A stretch of 64,000 nt of DNA from Rubripirellula sp. (GTDB lineage: Bacteria > Planctomycetota > Planctomycetia > Pirellulales > Pirellulaceae). The translations under genes were made by a program, and so were the position numbers. The stretch is taken from contig OZ244207.1 in assembly GCA_965216875.1 (NCBI GenBank), forward strand, positions 3,424,001 through 3,488,000. The letters run 5' to 3'. Of the stretch, positions 9,684-18,472 are shown in pieces. How positions within the stretch are numbered: the first letter of the stretch is position 1; the number at the start of each line of letters is the position of its first letter. The notes under the pieces were generated by a model. It saw nothing but the letters and a program-made list of their open reading frames with translations. It searched no databases and was not told the origin of the DNA.

Positions 9684-10424
9684 CTATGCCGCAGCGCGGA
9701 AGGGGCCGCTGTCGGCGACGTCATGCGAAAAGATTTTTGCAGTCCCCATCGCGGCGGCTTTCATCATTGTCGATTCCGCGATCGCTGCCATCCGCGCGAT
9801 GCGTCCGTCGCCAAGGTGATGCAACATCTCGATTGCCGAATCGCTCCACGTTTCACCAGAACCGCCAACCGCCTCGAGACTCCAACGCACATAGGCGTGT
9901 GTCTGCTTGATCGACATCGGTGACAAGTTGATGAGAGTCGCCGATTCGGCCGATGCCGCCAACGCGGGAACGCAAACGAGCGCCGACAGAACGTTTTCGT
10001 TCGTCAGATGCTCTGCCAATTCCAAGGCGTGTCGTTGGCAATCATCGATCACCCAGAACGCTTGAATCTCTGCGCTGTTGCTTTGGCGAATCCAGTCGAT
10101 GCATTGTTCGACCGACGCAGCGCGATGAACACCGAAAGCGACGGCCAGCCTCCGGACCGTTTCCTCCAAGCTCCCTTTGCCCGAGGTCGCGATCACTTCG
10201 ACCGCTTGATCACCCCAGCCACGGGTTGCTGCGATGTAGCGAACAAGACTGGTTGCACCACAACCGGAACGCGCGACCAGATAACCGAGACGGTTCTTCG
10301 ATTCGATAAACCGGCCAACGTCGAACAGCGCCGCGGCTTGGCGCTCGCCGCGATGAAAGCGTACCGCCGCATCATGTCGGAAGGGCGGTTCCATTAACGA
10401 CCAATAGCTAAGATATTGCATCAA
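9684..10424 (-). CDS. ExeA/GspA-like AAA protein with degenerate Walker A
   Basis: N-term YLSYWSLMEPPF; ARSGCGATS in P-loop position; FWVIDD Walker B; C-term ...AIEMLHHLGDGRIARM. Confidence 0.65.
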   Translation of the reverse strand: MMQYLSYWSLMEPPFRHDAAVRFHRGERQAAALFDVGRFIESKNRLGYLVARSGCGATSLVRYIAATRGWGDQAVEVIATSGKGSLEETVRRLAVAFGVHRAASVEQCIDWIRQSNSAEIQAFWVIDDCQRHALELAEHLTNENVLSALVCVPALAASAESATLINLSPMSIKQTHAYVRWSLEAVGGSGETWSDSAIEMLHHLGDGRIARMAAIAESTMMKAAAMGTAKIFSHDVADSGPFRAAA

Positions 10425-10654
10425 CGGTTCTTCCCACGTGCGGTCGAGCGAATTTGCAAGCCGGTTTCTGGGCCATTATTTCTCGGCCGGTCTTTTTGGG
10501 CCGAATTCGACGTCAGCGATCGAATCGAACGGGCCTCACTTGCGTTTGATATCATCGGCAGCGACCGACCATGACTTGACTGCCTAATCGTCGAAACCGT
10601 CGCGATTCGCTTCTTCGCACCCCTCCTCTCTTTCTGCACCCGCAAACTCGATTC

Positions 10655-11350
10655 ATGACCAGCCGCTATTTCGCTGCCGACTTACCACCAAGTGGTGGTC
10701 TGGTGACGCTTGCTGAAGGCGAATTGCACCACGCCCTTCACGTCATGCGCGTCAAAGCGGGCCAGTCGTTGACGCTTTTTGATGGCAAGGGAAATGAGGC
10801 GGTCGCCGAAGTGATCGAGGCGACCAAACGCCAATGCGTCTGCCGAGCCGAGCCGGCCGGCAGGGTGGATCGTGAACCAACCCGGTCGCTTTCGGTCGCG
10901 ATTGCGTTACCCAAACCCGACCGCGCCAAAGAACTCGTCGAACGCCTTACCGAACTTGGTGCCGCTCGATTGGTGCCGATTGTCGCCGAGCGGACGCAGC
11001 GTCCACCGAGCAGCAGTCAAATCGAGAAGCTTCGCCGCGCCGTCATCGAAGCGTGCAAGCAATGCGGCCGGAATCAACTCATGGAAATCACCGAACCTGT
11101 TTCGTCGAGTGAATACTTTTCAAGTTCGCATGAGGGGTGCTGCGTGATCGCTCATCCGGATGGCGAGTCGCATCGGGAGTTGGTCGACGGGCAAGAAGAT
11201 GTCGTCGCAGCGATCGGCCCCGAAGGAGGCTGGACCGATCAAGAGGTACAGCAGGCAATGGCCAGCGGATTCACTAAGGTCGGGCTCGGCAAGAGAATCT
11301 ACCGAATCGAGACCGCAGCCGTCGTGATCGCGGCCATGTTGGCCGATTGA
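10655..11350 (+). CDS. rsmE: 16S rRNA m3U1498 methyltransferase
   Basis: HHALHVMR, LTELG, EACKQCGR, IGPEGGW, LGKRIYRIETA. Confidence 0.95.
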   Translation: MTSRYFAADLPPSGGLVTLAEGELHHALHVMRVKAGQSLTLFDGKGNEAVAEVIEATKRQCVCRAEPAGRVDREPTRSLSVAIALPKPDRAKELVERLTELGAARLVPIVAERTQRPPSSSQIEKLRRAVIEACKQCGRNQLMEITEPVSSSEYFSSSHEGCCVIAHPDGESHRELVDGQEDVVAAIGPEGGWTDQEVQQAMASGFTKVGLGKRIYRIETAAVVIAAMLAD

Positions 11351-11430
11351 ATTGTCGCCTTTCGCTCCGCGAAAGTAGCGTTTACCCGCCCTGTTCAAGA
11401 CGCAACTTTCGCGGAGCGAAAGGCGACAAT
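11351..11430. repeat. REP-like doublet with perfect 26-bp inverted arms between convergent rsmE and deoC
   Basis: ATTGTCGCCTTTCGCTCCGCGAAAGT ... ACTTTCGCGGAGCGAAAGGCGACAAT; single arm also at 3792-3815. Confidence 0.9.
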
Positions 11431-11453
11431 TTTGCCATGCACAGCATGACCGA

Positions 11454-12176
11454 CTAGTAGCCGGTCGCGTTTGTTCCGCTGGCGTCGACTTGGGGCAGTC
11501 CCAACTTCTCTCGTGCGGGGTCGAGGATTGCGGCGGTCGCGCTGGCACCGACTCGCGTCACTCCGAGTGCTTTCACTTGGAGAAGCGTTTCGAGGTCACG
11601 AACGCCGCCTGCCGCTTTCACCTCGGTTGCACCGCTGGCGTGCTCGACCATCAACTGTAAGTCTTCCGTGGTCGCACCGCCGGTGCCGAAACCGGTCGAG
11701 GTCTTGATCCAGTCAGCGCCGGCCTGACAAGAGAGTTCGGCCAGTTTGATTTTGTGAGCATCTTGCAGGTAGCAGTTCTCGAAGATCACTTTCACTTTGC
11801 GGTCAGCGGCATGGGCCATTTTGACGATCTCGGTGATTTCGTTGCTGACCAGGTCCCAATTTTCGCTGAGAACCGCCGAGATGTTGACGACCATGTCGAG
11901 CTCAATCGCGCCATCTTCAATCGCTTGTCTCGATTCCGCCAACTTGGTGGACGTCGCTTGTCCGCCATGCGGGAACCCGATCACGGTGCTGGGCAATACC
12001 GTTGTCCCGGCCAGGATTTCGCTGCAACGACGCACGTAGTAAGGCATGATGCAGATACTGGCAACATCGTAGGCTGCGGCCATCGCACAGCCTTTTTCCA
12101 GGTCATCGGCCGCGAGCGTTGGCGAAAGCAACGCGTGGTCGATCATCTTGGCAACGTCTTCGTAGGTGTATTCCAT
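11454..12176 (-). CDS. deoC: Deoxyribose-phosphate aldolase
   Basis: MIDHALL, TVIGFPHG, ELDMVVN, KVIFEN, IKTSTGF, VKAAGGVR; ATG at 12176. Confidence 0.95.
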   Translation of the reverse strand: MEYTYEDVAKMIDHALLSPTLAADDLEKGCAMAAAYDVASICIMPYYVRRCSEILAGTTVLPSTVIGFPHGGQATSTKLAESRQAIEDGAIELDMVVNISAVLSENWDLVSNEITEIVKMAHAADRKVKVIFENCYLQDAHKIKLAELSCQAGADWIKTSTGFGTGGATTEDLQLMVEHASGATEVKAAGGVRDLETLLQVKALGVTRVGASATAAILDPAREKLGLPQVDASGTNATGY

Positions 12177-12187
12177 CTCGTCTTTTC

Positions 12188-13255
12188 TCAGCCTGCGTCG
12201 GTGTATTTGACTTTGCCGCTTCCTGAAACGATTCGACCGATCGGTTGGCACTCAATCCCGGCCGCTTTGATTTGGCTGGCAATGCTCGCGGCGTAAAACT
12301 CGCTGACGACCGCTGCCATGCCGACGCCCATGTTGAAGACGCGACGCATCTCTGAAGTTTCCACGCCACCGGTTTCTTGCAACCATTGAAAGATCGTCGG
12401 GACCTCCCAGCTCGATGGATCAATCTCGGCATCAACGTTGTCGGGCAGAATCCGGTCGAGGTTTTCTTCGATCCCGCCGCCGGTGATATGAGCGAGTCCG
12501 TGAAGCACCTGCTTGACTCGGTAGTGCGACTGGACAGTCCGAATCGCTTTGGTGTAGATCCGAGTCGGTTCCAAACAAACATCGGCAAGCGTTTGCCCGC
12601 CAAACGTTTCAGGTTTGTCGTCCCAGCCGAGACCAGCGTCGTCGATCACTTTTCGTACCAGCGAAAAGCCGTTGCTATGAAGTCCCGCCGACGCGAGTCC
12701 AAGCACGACATCGCCTTCGGAGATCAGAGACCCGTTGATCAATCGTTTCTGTTCAACAACCCCGACGGCGAAACCAGCCAAGTCGTAGTCTTCGACACCA
12801 TACATGTCGGGCATGATCGCCGTTTCGCCACCGAGCAGCGCCAAGTCGCCGTCGACGCAGCCGTCACTAATGCCTTGCACGATCTTTTCCAGTCGCGCCG
12901 GATCGTCTTTGCCCATCGCGACGTAGTCAAGGAAGAAGAGTGGCTCGCCGCCGGTGCAGAGCAAATCATTGACGCACATGCCGACCAAATCGATGCCGAC
13001 CGTTTCGTGGCGTCCGGTCAGTTGTGCGATCTTGAGCTTGGTGCCAACGCCGTCGGTGCCTGAGACCAGAATCGGCTCTTCATACTTGCGAGCGAACAGC
13101 TTGCCTTCAAAGTCGAGGCGAAAGAGTCCCGCGAAGCCGCCGTCGCTCGGGATCACACGGGGACTGAAGGTTCGATGCATCAACCGCGGCAATCGGCTCA
13201 TCGATTCGGCGTAGACATCAAGGTCGACGCCGGCGTCTTTGTAGGTTGCAGGCAT
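12188..13255 (-). CDS. purM: Phosphoribosylformylglycinamidine cyclo-ligase
   Basis: [42 protein letters not shown]. Confidence 0.97.
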   Translation of the reverse strand: MPATYKDAGVDLDVYAESMSRLPRLMHRTFSPRVIPSDGGFAGLFRLDFEGKLFARKYEEPILVSGTDGVGTKLKIAQLTGRHETVGIDLVGMCVNDLLCTGGEPLFFLDYVAMGKDDPARLEKIVQGISDGCVDGDLALLGGETAIMPDMYGVEDYDLAGFAVGVVEQKRLINGSLISEGDVVLGLASAGLHSNGFSLVRKVIDDAGLGWDDKPETFGGQTLADVCLEPTRIYTKAIRTVQSHYRVKQVLHGLAHITGGGIEENLDRILPDNVDAEIDPSSWEVPTIFQWLQETGGVETSEMRRVFNMGVGMAAVVSEFYAASIASQIKAAGIECQPIGRIVSGSGKVKYTDAG

Positions 13256-13961
13256 GAATCAAATGAAGTTTTTTTGGGGCATTCGCGACGGCAAAATCGG
13301 GCGACGAAAATCGCGGGACAATTCTGTTTTCACTTCAGAATTGAGGTCGTGGTCATGATGACGCGATTGAAGCTGTGCGAATAGGTGCCGACCGATTTCG
13401 AACGAACAATCGCCGGCAACGGCTGCTTTGCAGGTCGTTTGGAGCGAGTCCCAAACCACAGCGGCACGCGATTGAACGTTAACGGCAGATTCGGGCAGCC
13501 AACGGGGCGTTGCCTGAAACCTCCGTTTTTGCGGCATTCTACATCCGTTATGCTCGCAGTTCGACCGTGGTGAGGAAACCGCCAGAGTGCGGGAAAACTC
13601 CAGGCAGTGCGCAGGCCGGCAGGATCAACCCAACCAGCCCGCAAACTCGCCGCACGTCTACCCGCATTGCCGCGTTTGACTCACCCCAACCCGCATCGTT
13701 TCGCTCATTCCTTCGTGAGGTTTCTCCGATACCAATCCGCCAGACGTCGTCTCGGCAACCAAGGCCATGAGAATTTCAGGTGCCTTTACGAGTTGCTCCG
13801 GCACGGCCAAACGGCGGTGGTAGTGTTTTTCGTAAGCGTCTGCTCAGTCCGCTGAGCGTCCGCTCAGGAATCGCTACTAGAACGACCACAGGAACATGTT
13901 GGCCACGCAGCCCCACCCGGTCTGCGGCCCGACGTGACTGATCGAAGGAGAAGCCCGCAAT

Positions 13962-16055
13962 ATGCTCATGCGACAGCCGTGCCCCAATCTGCAGTTCGCC
14001 TACCAGCCGCCTTTCGGCTCGCACCTGCAAGACACCGGCGTCCAGTTCTCGGTCTTCAGTCGCAGCGCCACGGCGATGCGGTTGTTGCTCTACAACAAAG
14101 TCAATGACCGTGAACCTGCCGAGGTGATTGAGTTCGATCGCGACACCGACCGGTGGGGCGACGTGTGGAGCTTGACCGTTCCTGGTATCGAAGCTGGCCA
14201 GCTCTACCATTTGCAAGCCAGCGGTCCTTGGGATCCCGATCGCGGCCATCGCTTCGATTCGTCGGCGCGGTTGATCGACCCCTATTGCCAAGCCTTGGCC
14301 GGTGAGTTCTTGCCGAGCGACGACGGCGTGATCCGCCCTCCCAAGTGCGTGGTCGTCGACGACAAGTTCGATTGGGATGGTGATCGTCACATTCGCCGCG
14401 ACATCAGCGAATCGATCATCTACGAAATGCACGTCAAGGGTTTCACCAAAAGCCGCACCGCCAAGGTCAAGGCTCCGGGAAGCTACTTGGGCGTGATCGA
14501 GAAGATCCCCTACCTGCAATCGCTTGGCATCACCGCGGTCGAGCTGATGCCCGTCAACGAGTTCCCGATCAAAGACATCTACGGGAACAAACTTGATCGC
14601 CCCAACTACTGGGGCTACGACCCGATGGCGTTCTTTTCGCCACACCGCGGCTACGCACACGACCAAAAGACGCCGGGCGCGCAGGTGCGCGAGTTCAAAG
14701 AGATGGTCAAAGCCCTGCATGCTGCGGGCATCGAAGTGATCTTGGACGTGGTCTTCAACCACACCTGCGAAGGCAACGAGAACGGACCGACCCTTTCGTT
14801 CAAGGGTCTCGAGAACCAGGTCTACTACATCCTCAGCGAAGGCAAGCACTACTCCAACTACAGCGGTTGCGGCAACACGATCAACGGCAACCATCCAGTG
14901 GTTCGCGAGATGATCTTTCACTGCCTGCGTCACTGGGTACACAACTACCACATCGACGGGTTCCGCTTCGACTTGGCCAGCATCTTGAGCCGAGACCGTA
15001 ACGGCAACTTGATTCCTAACCCACCGATGGTCGAGTTGATCGCCGAAGACCCGTTGCTTGCCGATACCAAGATCATCGCCGAAGCATGGGACGCCGCCGG
15101 AGCCTACCAAGTCGGTTCGTTCGGCAACCATCGCTGGGCTGAATGGAATGGACGCTTCCGAGATGACGTCCGCGGCTTTTGGCGAGGTGATGTCGGAACG
15201 CTCGGCGCACTTGCCACGCGACTTGCCGGCAGCAGCGACCTATACGAACACGACGGACGGCCACCGTTTTGCAGCATCAACTTCGTCACCAGCCATGACG
15301 GGTTCACGATGAGCGACCTTGTCTCGTACAAGGACAAGCACAACATGGCCAACGGCGAAAACAACTGCGATGGTGACAACCACAACATCAGCGACAACTA
15401 TGGCGCCGAAGGACCGACTCGCAAGAAAGCGATCAACACGGTTCGTTCACGACAAGTCCGCAACATGTTGACCACCCTGTTGCTAAGCCAAGGTGTTCCG
15501 ATGCTGGTCAGTGGCGACGAGATTCGCCGCACGCAAAAGGGCAACAACAACGCCTACTGCCAAGACACCGACGTCAGTTGGTTCGACTGGAACCTGGTCG
15601 AAAAGAACGCCGATCTGCTTCGCTTCGTGCAAGCCTTGACGCATTTCCGACGAGAACAGCCTTCGGTTCGCCGCAAATCGTTCTTGACCGGTCAACCTGT
15701 CGATGGACGGATGATCCCCGACGTTTCGTGGTACGCCCCCGAGGGGACACCGCTTGATTGGGGACAGGGCGAATTGGCCATGATGGCCTACATCGCTGCC
15801 CCCAGCCGAGCCGAAGACCGCGAAGGCCAAGGCCGCGACTTGCTGATGATGTTCAACAGCACCGGGCAAGTTCGCGACTACAAAATGCCAGAAGTCGGCC
15901 GCGGCATGCGTTGGAAGCTGTTCGTCGACACGGCCGCCCCGTCGCCCGAGGACATCTACCCTGATGCCGATGGACCGATGCCACCGGCAACACGGATCGT
16001 CGAAATGCCCCATCACTCGATGAAGGTCTACGTCAGCCAAAAAGGCCCGTTCTAG
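13962..16055 (+). CDS. glgX: Glycogen debranching enzyme (GH13)
   Basis: IYEMHVKGFT, NYWGYDP, DVVFNHT, DGFRFDLA, AEAWD, HDGFT, GNNNAYCQD. Confidence 0.96.
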   Translation: MLMRQPCPNLQFAYQPPFGSHLQDTGVQFSVFSRSATAMRLLLYNKVNDREPAEVIEFDRDTDRWGDVWSLTVPGIEAGQLYHLQASGPWDPDRGHRFDSSARLIDPYCQALAGEFLPSDDGVIRPPKCVVVDDKFDWDGDRHIRRDISESIIYEMHVKGFTKSRTAKVKAPGSYLGVIEKIPYLQSLGITAVELMPVNEFPIKDIYGNKLDRPNYWGYDPMAFFSPHRGYAHDQKTPGAQVREFKEMVKALHAAGIEVILDVVFNHTCEGNENGPTLSFKGLENQVYYILSEGKHYSNYSGCGNTINGNHPVVREMIFHCLRHWVHNYHIDGFRFDLASILSRDRNGNLIPNPPMVELIAEDPLLADTKIIAEAWDAAGAYQVGSFGNHRWAEWNGRFRDDVRGFWRGDVGTLGALATRLAGSSDLYEHDGRPPFCSINFVTSHDGFTMSDLVSYKDKHNMANGENNCDGDNHNISDNYGAEGPTRKKAINTVRSRQVRNMLTTLLLSQGVPMLVSGDEIRRTQKGNNNAYCQDTDVSWFDWNLVEKNADLLRFVQALTHFRREQPSVRRKSFLTGQPVDGRMIPDVSWYAPEGTPLDWGQGELAMMAYIAAPSRAEDREGQGRDLLMMFNSTGQVRDYKMPEVGRGMRWKLFVDTAAPSPEDIYPDADGPMPPATRIVEMPHHSMKVYVSQKGPF

Positions 16056-16084
16056 ACAAAAGCTTGTCCAAGTTAGCGAGCAAA

Positions 16085-16431
16085 CACCCTCCCGCTTGCG
16101 GGAGGGTGTGTGTTTTGAAAAACAAACCCACTGCGGACATTTGAGGCTCTACCTGGTTCCCACGGTCCTCCGTGGGAACAACTCTTTGCCGCTCCGCGGC
16201 GTCAGCGTCCGTGTCTTCCCGCCTTCGGACTGTTCGTGAGAAGATTCCGGCTAAAGCTCGGTACTACGAACGAAGTCACCCGTTTGTAGTCCAGCCTTCC
16301 TGCCTGGTTCCCACGGTCCTCCGTGGGAACCATTCTTTGCCGCTCCGCGGCGTCTGCACCGCTTACGTCCCGCCTTCAGGCCGTTCGTGAGAAGATTCCG
16401 GCTAAAGCTCGGTACTACAAACGAAGTCACC
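16085..16431. repeat. REP cluster: CACCCTCCCGCTTGCGGGAGGGTG hairpin (possible glgX terminator) plus two ~151-bp tandem units
   Basis: Units start at 16152 and 16303: CCTGGTTCCCACGGTCCTCCGTGGGAAC...CTTTGCCGCTCCGCGGCGTC...GAGAAGATTCCGGCTAAAGCTCGGTACTAC. Confidence 0.85.
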
Positions 16432-16627
16432 GATTCGCAGTCGCTTCTATCTTGCCCATTTTCAACCGGGCACATCCGGTCTTGCCACGATAGCGTTAAT
16501 TGCGAACACTTAGGTAACGGACATCGGCTGAGTCGACTCTGTGGCGGCTCTCGGTCTGTGTTCGTGACAACCTATCGACAACATTTGTTGAATCATCGTG
16601 CCAATCCACGCGTCCGAAAGACAACGC

Positions 16628-17266
16628 ATGAATTTTCCTATGGCTCACGACATCGTGGCTAATGAACTGGCGAGCAGCCATTCCTACCAGAGCTACCAAC
16701 GACAGCGACAGTTGACCCTGGGCGACCTGTTGCTGGAAAACCGGATCGTCTTTTTGCAGGGCGAGATTCACTACGCGAACGCAAACGACGTGGTGATGAA
16801 GTTGCTGTATCTGCAAAGCGAAAACCGCCGCAAAGACATTCACTTCTACATCAACTCACCGGGCGGAAGTGTCACTGCGACCCTTGCGATCTACGACACG
16901 ATGCAAATGCTCTCGTGCCCTGTCGGCACCTACTGCGTCGGCGAAGCCTGCAGTGGCGCGGCCGTGTTGTTGGTCGGCGGCACCAAAGGCAAACGCTTCT
17001 GTCTGCCCAACAGCCGCGTCATGATGCACCAACCCATGGGTGGTGTCGGCGGTCAAGTGAGCGATATCGAAATCCAAGCGGCCGAAATGTTCCGCTACCG
17101 CGATGTGCTGAACGAGATCATCAGCAAGCACAGCGGTCAAACTGTCGACAAGATCGCCAAGGACACTGACCGTGACTTCTTCCTGGGTGCTCAAGAAGCC
17201 AAAGAGTACGGATTGGTTGACGACATCCTGGTCAAACCACCATCCGACGAAGAAGACGACGATTGA
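16628..17266 (+). CDS. clpP: ATP-dependent Clp protease proteolytic subunit, paralog 1 (start 16628 or 16640)
   Basis: [20 protein letters not shown] (Ser), MMHQP (His), DRDFF (Asp). Confidence 0.95.
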   Translation: MNFPMAHDIVANELASSHSYQSYQRQRQLTLGDLLLENRIVFLQGEIHYANANDVVMKLLYLQSENRRKDIHFYINSPGGSVTATLAIYDTMQMLSCPVGTYCVGEACSGAAVLLVGGTKGKRFCLPNSRVMMHQPMGGVGGQVSDIEIQAAEMFRYRDVLNEIISKHSGQTVDKIAKDTDRDFFLGAQEAKEYGLVDDILVKPPSDEEDDD

Positions 17267-17330
17267 TATTGGTCCGTCCTGAAGACTGCCAATTAACCAC
17301 CAGACAACTCTTTGCACACCCAGAACCATC

Positions 17331-17921
17331 ATGCCAATGATTCCCTACGTCGTCGAAAAAAGCGGTCGTGAAGAACGCGTTTACGACATTTACAGCCGAC
17401 TGCTGAAAGACCGAATCATCTTCCTTGGCCAACAGGTCGATGATCACATCAGCAATGCGTTGGTGGCTCAAATGTTGTTCCTGCAATCGGACGACCCCAA
17501 AGCCGACATCCACCTTTACATCAACAGCCCCGGTGGCAGCATCACTGCGGGCATGGCGATCTATGACACGATGCAATTCGTCTCGTGTGACGTCGCAACC
17601 TATTGCATCGGCCAAGCCGCTTCGATGGGTGCCGCACTGCTGACCGCAGGTGCCAAAGGCAAACGATTCGCTCTTCCAAACGCACGAATCATGATTCACC
17701 AGCCGCTCGCAGGCATGCAGGGCACCGCTGCGGAAGTCGAGATTCACGTCGAAGAACTGCGTCGAATCAAAAAGAAGATGAACGAGCTGATGATTGAACA
17801 CACCGGTCACTCGCTCGAGAAGATCGAACAAGACACCGATCGTGACCGCTTCATGTCGGCCGAAGAGGCCTGTGAGTACGGCTTGATCGACAAGGTTGTC
17901 AGCAAGTCAACCGACGGCTAA
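17331..17921 (+). CDS. clpP: ATP-dependent Clp protease proteolytic subunit, paralog 2
   Basis: [41 protein letters not shown]. Confidence 0.97.
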   Translation: MPMIPYVVEKSGREERVYDIYSRLLKDRIIFLGQQVDDHISNALVAQMLFLQSDDPKADIHLYINSPGGSITAGMAIYDTMQFVSCDVATYCIGQAASMGAALLTAGAKGKRFALPNARIMIHQPLAGMQGTAAEVEIHVEELRRIKKKMNELMIEHTGHSLEKIEQDTDRDRFMSAEEACEYGLIDKVVSKSTDG

Positions 17922-17978
17922 ACGTTCGCATTGCCGCAACTCGGTTGCGGCAAGTCACAAACGAATGAACCACACGAT

Positions 17979-18020
17979 TCGGCCGCCATGCATTGATTCG
18001 CATGGCGGCCGATTTATGTT
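17979..18020 (+). terminator. Intrinsic terminator after the clpP pair
   Basis: 13-bp stem TCGGCCGCCATGC/GCATGGCGGCCGA followed by TTTATGTT; second hairpin TTGCCGCAAC/GTTGCGGCAA at 17931-17953. Confidence 0.7.
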
Positions 18021-18058
18021 AAGGTTCCACAGGTTTTCAAAACCATCCTTTGGTAGTC

Positions 18059-18131
18059 GCCCCCTTCGTCTAGCGGCCCAGGACGCCGAGCTTTTCCGCT
18101 CGGAACGCTCGTTCGAATCGGGCAGGGGGTA
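18059..18131 (+). tRNA. Non-canonical tRNA-Glu-like gene (8-nt anticodon loop; CCA not encoded)
   Basis: Cloverleaf: acceptor GCCCCCT/AGGGGGT, D arm GTCTAGCGGCCCAGGAC as in bacterial tRNA-Glu, anticodon stem CCGAG/CTCGG around CTTTTCCG, T arm GCTCG-TTCGAAT-CGGGC, discriminator A. Confidence 0.85.
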
Positions 18132-18235
18132 CTCCGTGGCGACACAGGACAGTAGCTGACGTCCACAATCCTCAGTCGGGGAGGACGTGCCGCAGATTGG
18201 AGTTTACAACGCCGTGAAGTGAAGTGCGCACCAAC

Positions 18236-18377
18236 AATCACCCGCTCGCTTGCGGGAGGGTCGGACGCAAAGTCCGGGGAGGGTTTGAGCCCTACAATCA
18301 GGCCTTCACCGGGCCTCTGAGTCTTGCCTCGTTCCCACGGTCCTCCGTGGGAACTCACTCTTTGCCGCTTCGCGGCG
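18236..18377. repeat. REP-like repeats upstream of the sulfatase
   Basis: AATCACCCGCTCGCTTGCGGGAGGGTCGGACGCAAAGTCCGGGGAGGG (inverted relative to the 20187 and 25163 copies) and GTTCCCACGGTCCTCCGTGGGAAC (as at 16152 and 16303). Confidence 0.8.
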
Positions 18378-18472
18378 ACACTCCGTTATTGGCCCCGTCG
18401 CCGGATCCGCGTCGCTGTCGCTACATAATCCGGCCTACGCGTTTCACATCCTCCTCGCCCGTACAACTTGCC

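Noticed and set aside
13560..13600. Possible ZTP riboswitch upstream of purM (CTGGCG...CCACGG on minus strand)
   Set aside because: Lacks the GGUGG stem context and the 3' GCCUGGGC hairpin
16152..16431. Periodic repeats as a CRISPR array (also 34461-34696)
   Set aside because: Two units only, the intervening sequence is also repeated, and the units are dispersed REP families
4130..18131. Idea that the 8-nt-loop tRNA suppresses the tatD frameshift
   Set aside because: tatD needs a -1 shift at GTC CGC, whereas expanded loops give +1 shifts at cognate GAA-type codons
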